Assembly (NCBI GenBank): GCA_965116475.1
Contig: OZ220691.1
Span: 1,280,001 to 1,344,000, forward strand
Reading direction: 5' to 3'
DNA length: 64,000 nucleotides
From: Gemmatimonadota bacterium
Lineage (GTDB): Bacteria; Gemmatimonadota; Gemmatimonadetes; Palauibacterales; Palauibacteraceae
The notes under the pieces are model-generated. The model worked only from the letters and a program-made list of their open reading frames with translations, was not told the DNA's origin and searched no databases. Positions 19,415-28,704 of the stretch are shown in pieces. Within the stretch, counting starts at the first letter, position 1. Each line of letters starts with the position of its first letter. Position numbers and translations under genes: made by a program.

Positions 19415-20626
19415 ATGTACGGAAACCTCGTTCAGTTGAACGAAGACCTCACGGCGAAAGCCACTTGGCAGCACGTCCCCCTTGGATCTACCGGGGGCGA
19501 AGGTCCGATCGACGAGGGCCGCCTGCAGGAAATCCTGTTCCGGCACGCCGACATCCTGCCGCTCGGTGAGATCGACCCGGCATATGACGACCCGATTCCG
19601 GTCTGCATGGAACTCGGCACGCGGGCCGGGTGGGCCGACGCTTTGTACCTGACGCCGTCCGGAAGAATCATTCTTGCGGAGTTCAAGCTCTGGAAGAACC
19701 CGGGTGCGCGCAGGGAAGTAATAGGCCAGATCCTCGACTACGCCCGCGCCCTCGCGTCGTGGGGTTACGACGACTTGGAACGGGAGGTCAGGAACCGAAC
19801 CAAACGGTCGCCATTCGAGATCGTTGCCGCAGCGCGCGGCGACGTCCACGAGCACGTCTTCGTCGATAACGTCGCTCGCCGGCTGAAACGCGGCGAATTC
19901 CTGCTCCTGATCATCGGCGACGGCATCCGCGAGGGAGTCGAGGACATCGTGTCCTACGTGCAGGAACACAGCGGCCTCCGGTTCAATCTCGCACTCGTCG
20001 AAGCCGCCGTCTTTCGCCGTGCGGATCAAGGAGAACTGATCATCCAGCCGCGCGTCCTGGCGCGGACCGAACTCCTGCCTCGCACGGTTCTCGTTCGCGG
20101 GACGATTCGCGAAGATGCCGACGACGACCCGATTGAAGAGCACGAGTCATCGCCGAGAGAGGATGAGAACGAACGATTCTGGACGGCGGTGTTGAGGGAC
20201 TTCGCCTTTGACGATCCCGCACCCGAGGTGCCGCGACCTTCCAGAGACCCGGGAGTCTGGGTCACGGTTGAAGGATCCGGGTTCGGGGGCTGGGGCATCT
20301 CGTTTGGCGCCCACCTGAAACGCAATCAAACCAGCATCGCATGTTACCTGACATGGCGAGCAGGCTTCCCGGAATGCGAGCGGGTCTACGATGAGATCGT
20401 CAGCGCCGTGAGCGAAGACGACGAACTTCGACGCGGGCTCGTTGGGTTGACGCGGTGGTCAACCTCCACCGGACGGCCGCGGCTTGGGTTTCAACGCGAC
20501 ACGGAGTTCGTGGAGGAAACGATTCGCGACTTCGACGAAGCCGTCGAGTGGATGCGCGAGCACTTCAATCGCTTGGTGTCCGCGCTGCATCCTGAGTGTC
20601 GGCGCCGGCTACGCCGGGGTCGCTAA
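19415..20626 (+). CDS. PD-(D/E)XK nuclease, NucS-like, with DUF4268-like C-terminal domain
   Basis: EGRLQ, ADALYL...LAEFKL...REVIGQILDYA; acidic linker then RFWTAVL domain. Confidence 0.65.
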   Translation: MYGNLVQLNEDLTAKATWQHVPLGSTGGEGPIDEGRLQEILFRHADILPLGEIDPAYDDPIPVCMELGTRAGWADALYLTPSGRIILAEFKLWKNPGARREVIGQILDYARALASWGYDDLEREVRNRTKRSPFEIVAAARGDVHEHVFVDNVARRLKRGEFLLLIIGDGIREGVEDIVSYVQEHSGLRFNLALVEAAVFRRADQGELIIQPRVLARTELLPRTVLVRGTIREDADDDPIEEHESSPREDENERFWTAVLRDFAFDDPAPEVPRPSRDPGVWVTVEGSGFGGWGISFGAHLKRNQTSIACYLTWRAGFPECERVYDEIVSAVSEDDELRRGLVGLTRWSTSTGRPRLGFQRDTEFVEETIRDFDEAVEWMREHFNRLVSALHPECRRRLRRGR

Positions 20627-20838
20627 TCACTTGGTCGACGCTGCTCCATCATTTTAGCTACGCGGTTGAGCACTTCGGACGACTCCGGGATCCGTTCGCG
20701 GCTCAACCCGAAGTAGTGTTCCATGAATCGGTCGTCGAGCTCTTCGTAGACAAACCGCACGAGATCTCTGGGTAGCGGCTGTTCCGCGGAGGGGTCGCCG
20801 CGGCTGCAATCGGGCAGGCGGTACTTTTTCTTCTTCAT
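20623..20838 (-). CDS. Small hypothetical protein (71 aa)
   Basis: ATG preceded by GAGG; fills the gap between the nuclease and the corrected amidohydrolase end. Confidence 0.4.
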   Translation of the reverse strand: MKKKKYRLPDCSRGDPSAEQPLPRDLVRFVYEELDDRFMEHYFGLSRERIPESSEVLNRVAKMMEQRRPSD

Positions 20839-20874
20839 CCTCGAATACTACGCGGTCGAGCCTGCCCCCGCGCG

Positions 20875-22390
20875 CTAGCGGACGAACATGACGGGGCTTG
20901 TGGGGAGGGCGTCGACGTCGATCACCTCTCCTTCCTTCATCACCATCGTTTGCAGGCGGATGTTGCGGATGTCGTCCAGGGTTGGCGTCGAGGAGGACGA
21001 GGTCCGCGAACTTGCCGGCCTCGATCGTGCCGAAGTCATCGAGGCCGCGGGCGGCGAAGGCGCCGTTGCGGGTGCCGGCCACGATCGCCTCGGACGGGGT
21101 CATGCCGAGTTCGACGAGGCCTTCGATCGCCATCAGGGTGCCGATCCCCGGCTCCTGCCAGATCGGCTTCGGCTCGCGCAGGAACTGGATGTCGGCGGCG
21201 GGGAAGTTATCCGTGCCCAGCGTGACGATGCAGCCCGCGTCGATGAGGCTCTTCGCGTTCTGGCGGCGCATGGCGTTGCCGTGGCCCAGGGCGTTGCGCT
21301 CACGGCGCAGCTCGAACGACGTCTTCTCCCGCTCGACGGGCCGGCGCAGGCGCCCCCATTCGGCGGACTTCCCCTCGCTCGCGAGACGTTGTTCGGCGGC
21401 CGCGACATCCGCCAGGTGCTGCTCCCATGCGGCGCCCGTGATCGTATTCACGAGCATCGAGCAGATCACGCCGCGTTCACGGATCTGCGTCAGCAGTTCT
21501 TCCGAATAGGGACGGCCGGCCAGGACTTCGGGGTGCTGGATGAGGTCGATGCCCGCTTCGACGGCGAGTCGCAGGCTTTCCGGGTTGGTGGCGTGCGTTT
21601 CGGCAACGAGCCCGCGCCGGTGGGTCTCCTCCACGATCACCCTCTGTGCCTCGGGAGAGAAGCCGATCATGGTCGGATAGGACCAGTGGCTGCTCCCCCC
21701 GTATTTCACGAAGTCCACGCCCTTGTCGAGATAGTCGTTGATCGCGACGCGGAGTTCCTCGGGGTACATGTCCATGAGGTCCTCGCCGGCGCCCTGCGCG
21801 AGGTGGTCGGAGAATTGCTCCTCCCACAGGGACAGGTCCGAGTCGGCAATCAGCGAGAACGTGACGGAGAAGGCCCCGCCCCAGCCGACGATGTTGCCGG
21901 CGACCTGCATCCGCGGGCCGATCTCGCGTCCCTCCGCGATGGCGTCGCGCACCTCGATGAGTTGCGGGAGCTGGCCGTAGCTGTCGCGGAGGTGGGTCAC
22001 GCCGTGCTTCAGGTGCATCTGCGCGGCTTCGAGAGCGATCTCCGCCCCGCGCTCCCAGTAGAAGACCGCGTTCTCCTTCCGGTGCTTCCCGAAGCCGGCG
22101 CCGTACAGGCTCGTGTGCACGTTCGTGTCGACGAAGCCGGGCGTGAGGAACTTCCCCGCCCCGTCGATGACCCGCGCTCCGTCGGGCACCGCGACCGAAG
22201 CGCTTGGCCCCACAGCGACGATGCGGGCGCCTTCCACCAAGACGGTGGCGTCGGGCATGGGTTCGCCCCCGTTCCCGTCGATGACCGTAGCCCCAACGAT
22301 GGCCACGGTCTCCTGCGCGACACCCGGCAACGGCGGCACGCAAACTGCTAACGCGACAGCAAGTAGAGGGACGGATCGGCGAGTCAGCAT
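20875..22390 (-). pseudogene. Secreted amidohydrolase (paralogue B) with 1-bp frameshift near 20980 (real or sequencing error)
   Basis: Colinear with 13725-15260; one extra C in AACCCTGG restores DANPLDDIRNIRLQTMVMKEGEVIDVDALPTSPVMFVR* matching the paralogue end. Confidence 0.85.
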
Positions 22391-22409
22391 GGTGCGCCTC
22401 CCACTTCGA

Positions 22410-22796
22410 TCAGGCGTCGAACAACTCCTCGCAGAGGTCCCGGATCCTGTGGATGGTGAACGGGGACCGAAGCAGGCCGTCGCGAACCTCGTCGAGGAGT
22501 GTCTCGCTCATGTCCTGTCGGAGATGGCACTCACCCCTTTGCATGGCATCGAGGAGCTTGTCGACTTGAAACAAATCCGCAGTCGAGTAATGAACTGCGG
22601 TTGCGTGACGAATGAAGGGATGGTCTCCCGGCTGCAGGACGACCGTATCATCGGTGAATTCCGTTGCGGTTCGCAGCATGACCGCTACTACCTCCCGTCC
22701 GCTACGGATTGGATCGGTCAGTACGAAGTAGAGATGGAATCCGTCGACCGCCGGGGCCCGGTACAGGATGGCTCGACCCGCGCCGAGAACATTCAC
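22410..22796 (-). CDS. Putative toxin downstream of Panacea antitoxin (possibly PemK/MazF-like fold)
   Basis: GTGA coupling to antitoxin; 128 aa; HLYFVLTDP...VVAVMLRT...GDHPFIRH. Confidence 0.55.
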   Translation of the reverse strand: MNVLGAGRAILYRAPAVDGFHLYFVLTDPIRSGREVVAVMLRTATEFTDDTVVLQPGDHPFIRHATAVHYSTADLFQVDKLLDAMQRGECHLRQDMSETLLDEVRDGLLRSPFTIHRIRDLCEELFDA

Positions 22797-23350
22797 GCAC
22801 CGTAGCGATCGGCGAAGGCCGATTCGGCCTCCATCGTCCGCTCGATTTCCAGAGCCGCATCCCTTGAAAATCCTTCGCTCATCAGGATGTCCTGCAGGTG
22901 GATGGGCCGCCGCGATCCCTCGGGATCCTGCCATTCCGGAAGACCGTGCGAGTAGTCGCGCAGGTCCCAGCCGCTCATCGCCCCGAACTCAGCCCAGATC
23001 CGATCGATCAACTCCTCGTCCGCCGGCGACAGGTCCGTGTTCGGGGGGGTGTCGGACCCCAGGAGCCGGACATGGTTGCCACTTCGTTCGGAGATGACGG
23101 TATGCCAATAGGACGGGCCCTCGGGCGCAACCGGTTCGTTGATCCTGTCGAGCGTCGCGCTGAGAATCGGCCCCTGAGGCAGGGAGAAGTACGTATCGAA
23201 GGTGAGCGGGCGACCCCATTTCAGCAGGGCCGTTCGATCCGTGAGGTAGAGCAGCTTGACGAGCTTGAGGACGCTCATGCGGCCGCCGCCACGGTGGAGC
23301 AGCCGGGCAGCCGCCTGCGTCGTTCTTGTCTCGTCGAACCGGAAAGTCAT
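22793..23350 (-). CDS. Panacea domain (DUF4065/SocA-like) antitoxin
   Basis: KLVKLLYLTDR...GRPLTFDTY...GPI and LRDYSHGLPEW motifs. Confidence 0.85.
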   Translation of the reverse strand: MTFRFDETRTTQAAARLLHRGGGRMSVLKLVKLLYLTDRTALLKWGRPLTFDTYFSLPQGPILSATLDRINEPVAPEGPSYWHTVISERSGNHVRLLGSDTPPNTDLSPADEELIDRIWAEFGAMSGWDLRDYSHGLPEWQDPEGSRRPIHLQDILMSEGFSRDAALEIERTMEAESAFADRYGA

Positions 23351-23507
23351 GCGACAAACGATGGTCGCGTGCCCTGCAAGGGGCAAGCCAACCAGACGGT
23401 GAACTGGCGGCCCACGCTCCGGATGGGACGTGCGGCGGAGTGGGGTCGGATGGCACGTTGGTCATTGATCGAGACCATGGTAGTCCGTGGCAAAAACCGA
23501 GGTGCCG

Positions 23508-25241
23508 ATGAAATACGCCCAATTCTCGTTGTTGGCCTCAGCATTCGCACTCGGTTCGGTCGACGCCGGACCGTGGCAGGGGCCGGAGCCGTTGCTGGAG
23601 CCGTCTTCGGAGCGGGCGGCGGAACGGGCGCTGGACACGTATCCGAAGAACCCGGCCATCGATGCGCTGAACTATGCGTTCGCGCTCGCGCTGAGCGATG
23701 AGACGGACATGATCGCGGGCGAGGCGACGATCGATCTTCGTTTCCTCGAGGCGGGGATCGACGAGGTGCGGCTGGACCTGATCGAGCCGAAACCCGACGG
23801 GACCGGCATGCGGGTCGTGGCCGTCACCGGGGCCGATGGCGCGCTGCGGTTCGAGCATCGGGACGACGCGCTCTTCATCGCGCTCGCCAGTCCAACGGAG
23901 GCGGGCGAGCGGCGGCGGGTCACGGTCGCGTACGAGGGCGTTCCGGCCACCGGTCTCATCATTGGGCCCAACAAGCACGGCGACCGGACCTTCTTCAGCG
24001 ACAACTGGCCCAACAAGGCCCGGAACTGGCTGCCGACGATCGACCACCCGTACGACAAGGCGACGAGCGAACTCATCGTCACGGCGCCGGCCCACTACCA
24101 GGTCATCTCCAACGGCCTGCTCATCGAAGAGAGCGATCTCCTGGACGGCACGCGCCGCTCACACTGGAAGCAGTCGGTCCCGATCGCGACCTGGCTCTAC
24201 GCGCTCGGCGCGGCCCGCTTCGCCGTGCAGACCGTGGACTACTACAACGGCGTGCCGATCCAGACCTGGGTGTACGCGCAGGACCGGGACGCCGGCTTCC
24301 ACGACTTCGCGGTGCCGACGAAGCAGGCGATGGAGTTCTACGCCGACATGGTCGGCCCCTATTCGTACGAGAAGCTGGCGAACGTGCAGTCGAACAGCGT
24401 GGGAGGCGGCATGGAGGCGGCCACCGCCATCTTCTACGGCGACGCCTCGGTCACGGGCGAGCGGGACGTGCGGTGGCGGAACGTGATCATCCACGAGGTC
24501 GCGCATCAGTGGTTCGGGAACGCCGTCACCGAATACGACTGGGACGACGTCTGGCTGAGCGAAGGCTTCGCGACGTACTTCACGCTGCTCTTCATCGAAC
24601 ATCAATACGGGCGCGACGAGTTCATCGAGCGGTTGAAGGTGAGCCGCGACCGCATCCGGGACTTCATGCTGGTGAACCCTGACTATCGGATCGTGCACGA
24701 CAATCTCTCGGACATGGGCCTCGTCACGAGCGGGCCGGGGACGTACCAGAAGGGGTCGTGGGTGCTCCACATGCTGCGCGGAGTGGTCGGGGAGGACGCG
24801 TTCTGGGCCGGGATCCAGGCGTACTACCGGGAGTTCCGGAACCTGAACGCGACGACGGCCGACTTTCGGCGGGCGATGGAGGAGGCGTCGGGCCTCGATC
24901 TGCGGACGTTCTTCGACCAGTGGCTCTACCGCGGCGGGTGGCTGGAGTTCGAGGGCGGCTGGAGCTACGACGCGGCGGCGGGGGCGATTCACATCGACCT
25001 CCGGCAAACGCAGGACGAACGCTACACATTCCGCATGCCGGCGGAGATCGCGATCCACCTCCCTCCGGATGGCCCGATCGAGGGCGGCGTGCACGGGGGC
25101 GTGCGCGCGCCTCGATTCGAGGTGATCGAGGTCGACGGGCGGCAGGGTCGCTTCACGATCCCCGTTCCGGCGGAGCCGCTCGATGTCGTCTTCGACCCGA
25201 ACACGTGGCTTCTCATGGATGCGGCGTTCGAGCGTCGGTAA
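23508..25241 (+). CDS. M1 family aminopeptidase
   Basis: GGMEA, HEVAHQWFGN...WLSEGFATY, YQKG. Confidence 0.93.
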   Translation: MKYAQFSLLASAFALGSVDAGPWQGPEPLLEPSSERAAERALDTYPKNPAIDALNYAFALALSDETDMIAGEATIDLRFLEAGIDEVRLDLIEPKPDGTGMRVVAVTGADGALRFEHRDDALFIALASPTEAGERRRVTVAYEGVPATGLIIGPNKHGDRTFFSDNWPNKARNWLPTIDHPYDKATSELIVTAPAHYQVISNGLLIEESDLLDGTRRSHWKQSVPIATWLYALGAARFAVQTVDYYNGVPIQTWVYAQDRDAGFHDFAVPTKQAMEFYADMVGPYSYEKLANVQSNSVGGGMEAATAIFYGDASVTGERDVRWRNVIIHEVAHQWFGNAVTEYDWDDVWLSEGFATYFTLLFIEHQYGRDEFIERLKVSRDRIRDFMLVNPDYRIVHDNLSDMGLVTSGPGTYQKGSWVLHMLRGVVGEDAFWAGIQAYYREFRNLNATTADFRRAMEEASGLDLRTFFDQWLYRGGWLEFEGGWSYDAAAGAIHIDLRQTQDERYTFRMPAEIAIHLPPDGPIEGGVHGGVRAPRFEVIEVDGRQGRFTIPVPAEPLDVVFDPNTWLLMDAAFERR

Positions 25242-25399
25242 ATGCCGGGCCTGTTCACGGACGGCGAAACGCGGGGCGTGGTCCGGCCGTCCTGTTACGG
25301 GCGCCCCGCCGGACGCTTGCACGGAGTCCGGCGCATGGGTCAGCTTTGACGCCGCTTTGGCGCCGGATTGACTCGCTTCGGGAGGGGACGCGCCACCTG

Positions 25400-26761
25400 G
25401 TGATCGATCGACGGGAGTTCCTGAAGAGCGCGACGGCCGGCGCGGCTGCGGCCGGACTGTCGCTCGGCGGCGCATCTCCCCTCATCGGCGCGCCTCCGCC
25501 CCCGCGCTCGGCTCCCGTGCGACGACCCGCCGGCCAGCCCCCCGACATCGTCGTGATCGGCGCCGGAAACTTCGGGATCTGGACGGCGCTCAACCTCGTC
25601 CGGCTCGGGGCCACCGTGACCGTGCTCGACGCCTACGGCCCCGGCAACTCGCGCTCCACCTCGGGCGGGGAAACGCGCGGCGTCCGGTCCTCCTACGGGG
25701 GGCGCCCGGAGGGCTTCGTGTGGAATCGCTGGGCCAACGAGGCCATCCGGCGCTGGATCCAGTGGGACGAGGAGGGACAGGAACTCCTCCTGCCGCGCGT
25801 CTTCTATCAGACGGGCGATCTCATCCTGCGCGAGGAGATGGTCCCCTATCTCGAAGACACGATGGGCCAGTGGGACCGGCTCGGCGTCGACTACGAGCTG
25901 CTTGACGTGGACGAGATCAACTACCGCTGGCCCTGGATCCGGACGGAGGAGGGGGTCTCCCTCGGGCTCCACGAACCCAACGCGGGCGTCGTGCGGGCGC
26001 GGCGGGCCATCGAATCCGTGGCGAAGCGGTTCGAGATGGAGGGGGGCGAGATCCGGATCGCGCGCGCCGCCCTCGGGGGATCGGACGGCCGGCGGCTGAA
26101 CGACGTGACCCTCGGCGGCGACGAACGTATGGCGGCCTCGACGTTCGTGTTCGCGGTGGGGCCCTGGATGGGGAAGACGTTCCCGGAACTGTTCGGGGAC
26201 AGGATCCGCATCCCCGTGGGCAACGTGTTCTACTTCGCGGTACCTGATCAGCGCTTCATGTTCCCCAACATGCCGAGCTACGGCGTGCCGGGCTGTACGG
26301 GCTGGCCGGCCTTGGGCCCGGACCACCGCGGCTTCCGGGTGCGGGTCGGCGGGCAGGCCGGCGACGATCCGGACACGAGCGACCGCTGGGTGCCGCCGGA
26401 GGCCCACGAGCGGCCGCGCGAGATCCTCGAGCGCTACTTCCCCGACATGATGGGCGCGGCCGTCAACGAGACGCGCGCCTGCCACTACTGCTTCGGCCCC
26501 AGCCGCAACTTCCTCATCGACCGGCATCCCGACTTCGACAACGTGTGGCTCGCGGGCCTGGGGACGGCCGAGTCGTTCAAGCAGGGGCCGGTGCTCGGCG
26601 AGTACATCGCCAAGCGCGTGCTGGAGATCGAGGACGATCCCGAACTGGCCGAACAGTTCAGGTTCTCGCTCGAGGCGCCGGAAGGCCGGGAGCCGGGACC
26701 GCAGCCAGGGCCGGAGCCATGGCCGGACTCAGGGCCGGACCCGGACGATCTGGGCGGTTGA
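25400..26761 (+). CDS. Tat-exported FAD-dependent oxidoreductase (sarcosine oxidase/DAO-like)
   Basis: DRREFLK twin-arginine signal; VIGAGNFG; STSGGETR; FKQGPVLG. Confidence 0.85.
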   Translation: MIDRREFLKSATAGAAAAGLSLGGASPLIGAPPPPRSAPVRRPAGQPPDIVVIGAGNFGIWTALNLVRLGATVTVLDAYGPGNSRSTSGGETRGVRSSYGGRPEGFVWNRWANEAIRRWIQWDEEGQELLLPRVFYQTGDLILREEMVPYLEDTMGQWDRLGVDYELLDVDEINYRWPWIRTEEGVSLGLHEPNAGVVRARRAIESVAKRFEMEGGEIRIARAALGGSDGRRLNDVTLGGDERMAASTFVFAVGPWMGKTFPELFGDRIRIPVGNVFYFAVPDQRFMFPNMPSYGVPGCTGWPALGPDHRGFRVRVGGQAGDDPDTSDRWVPPEAHERPREILERYFPDMMGAAVNETRACHYCFGPSRNFLIDRHPDFDNVWLAGLGTAESFKQGPVLGEYIAKRVLEIEDDPELAEQFRFSLEAPEGREPGPQPGPEPWPDSGPDPDDLGG

Positions 26762-26763
26762 CC

Positions 26764-28686
26764 GTGCGACGTTTCTTCCCCACGGCAGCCCTCGCCTCCG
26801 TAGCCGCCGCTGTCGCGGTCGCCGGCTGCTACGGGCCGCTGCAACTCACGCCGTCGGACCACGCCACGGTCCTCGCCGAGCAGTCGCTGGACGCCGACCA
26901 CCCCGCCCTCCCCGGGCCCTACCGCGTCTCGCGCCTCTACTACGGGAGCGGCACGGACCGGCGCCGGCCCGAGTACCGGGACTCCGTGTCGATCGTGACG
27001 GAGACCGTCGACGCCTCCAAGCTCGTCTCCCTCGGCGCGACCGCGAGCGAACGGAACGGCTACTGGGGCTTCACGCCGAAGGAATTCCCGATCAACGGAC
27101 GCGCGTGGTATCCCGAGGGCGATGGTCCCTTCCCGCTGGTTCTCATCGTTCACGGGAACCACGACATGAGGGACTTCTCCGACCCCGGGTACGGCTATCT
27201 CGGCGAGTTGCTCGCCAGCCGGGGCTACGTGTTCGCCTCCGTCGACATGAACTTCATCAACGGCGGCATCCGCAACGAGAACGACGGGCGGGGGTGGTTT
27301 CTCCTCAAACACATCGACGCCTTCAAGGAATTCGCGGCGGACGAAGCGACCCCGTTCCACGGGAAGATCGACTTCGACCGCATCGCTCTCATCGGTCATT
27401 CCCGCGGGGGCGAAGCCGTGGGGCATGCCGCCGCCTTCAACCGGCTGTCCCGGTATCCGGACGACGCTTCGCTGGAGTTCGACTTCAACCACGGCATCCG
27501 CGGCATCATCGCCATCGCCCCGGTGGACGGCCAGTATCTGCCCACCGGACGGCTCGTCCCGGTCGAGAACGTCAACTACATGGTGTTCCACGGCTCGCAC
27601 GACGGCGACGTGACGAGCTTTCACGGCCTGCGCCTCTATAATCGCCTTTCCTTCACGGATGGGGGTGACTACTTCAAGACGGCCATCTACATGTACCGGG
27701 CCAATCACGGACAGTGGAACACCGTCTGGGGGAACAAGGACAATGGACCCCGCAGCGCGCGGCGCCTCGACCTGCGCGGTCTCATAGACGGCGAGGGACA
27801 GCGGGAGTTCGGGAAGATCTATATCTCCGCCTTTCTGGAGACCGTGCTGCGCGACCGTCCCGACTACCTGCCGATGTTCCGGGACCATCGCACGATCGGG
27901 GGCTGGCTGCCGGAGACGATGTACATCACGCAGTTCGAGTCGAGCGGCTTCCGGCCGCTCGCGTCGTTCGAGGAGGACATCGACCTCAACACGGGCACGG
28001 CGCCCGGCGTGACGCTGGAGGGAGATTCGCTCGGGACGTGGCGGGAGAACCTCCTCGACCTCCGCTCGCGGAACCGGCCCACGACGTCGAGTTCGCAGGA
28101 CAACAACGCGCTCTGGCTGGGCTGGAACAACCGCGTGGCCGGCGACGGGGGCGCGGACGGGGCCGCGGTCGGGACGCCCGCCAGCTACGCCATCTCCCTG
28201 CCGGACGGGCTGGCCGCGGATTGGGGGTTGAGCGCGGCGTCGCGGCTGGACCTGCAACTCGGGGCCCTGGAGGGCCGGCCCCCGCCGAGAAGGCCGGAAG
28301 GCGACGACGAGGCGCAGGGCGGAGGAGGCGACGGGCGGGACGGAGATGCCAGGCGGGACGGAGACACCGATCAGGACGGAGACGACGAGCCCGTGGACCT
28401 GTCCGTTGTCGTGATGGACGCCCACGGCGAGTCGGCAGCCGTGCGCCTGTCGGACTACGGGCCCATCCGGCGCCCCCTCGAGACCGTCGTGCGGCGCCGC
28501 AACGACGCGGAATCGTTCGACAACCAGTGGGAACTCGTGCTCCAGTCCTTCTCCATCCCGCTCGCCGACTTCGTCGCGGCCAATCCCTCATTCGATCCGA
28601 CCGGCCCGCGAGAGATCCGCCTCCTCTTCGACCGCACGGCGGCCGGCACCGTCGTGGTGGACGACATCGGCTTTTCCGGAAGCTGA
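26764..28686 (+). CDS. Alpha/beta hydrolase lipoprotein
   Basis: VAGC lipobox; PLVLIVHGNH; GHSRGG nucleophile elbow; DGDV; ANHGQWN. Confidence 0.8.
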   Translation: MRRFFPTAALASVAAAVAVAGCYGPLQLTPSDHATVLAEQSLDADHPALPGPYRVSRLYYGSGTDRRRPEYRDSVSIVTETVDASKLVSLGATASERNGYWGFTPKEFPINGRAWYPEGDGPFPLVLIVHGNHDMRDFSDPGYGYLGELLASRGYVFASVDMNFINGGIRNENDGRGWFLLKHIDAFKEFAADEATPFHGKIDFDRIALIGHSRGGEAVGHAAAFNRLSRYPDDASLEFDFNHGIRGIIAIAPVDGQYLPTGRLVPVENVNYMVFHGSHDGDVTSFHGLRLYNRLSFTDGGDYFKTAIYMYRANHGQWNTVWGNKDNGPRSARRLDLRGLIDGEGQREFGKIYISAFLETVLRDRPDYLPMFRDHRTIGGWLPETMYITQFESSGFRPLASFEEDIDLNTGTAPGVTLEGDSLGTWRENLLDLRSRNRPTTSSSQDNNALWLGWNNRVAGDGGADGAAVGTPASYAISLPDGLAADWGLSAASRLDLQLGALEGRPPPRRPEGDDEAQGGGGDGRDGDARRDGDTDQDGDDEPVDLSVVVMDAHGESAAVRLSDYGPIRRPLETVVRRRNDAESFDNQWELVLQSFSIPLADFVAANPSFDPTGPREIRLLFDRTAAGTVVVDDIGFSGS

Positions 28687-28704
28687 CGGATGCCGAGCCG
28701 GCCG

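Noticed and set aside
20654..20980. C-terminal extension of the 578-aa amidohydrolase ORF
   Set aside because: Artefact of the 1-bp frameshift; the paralogue-like end is in another frame
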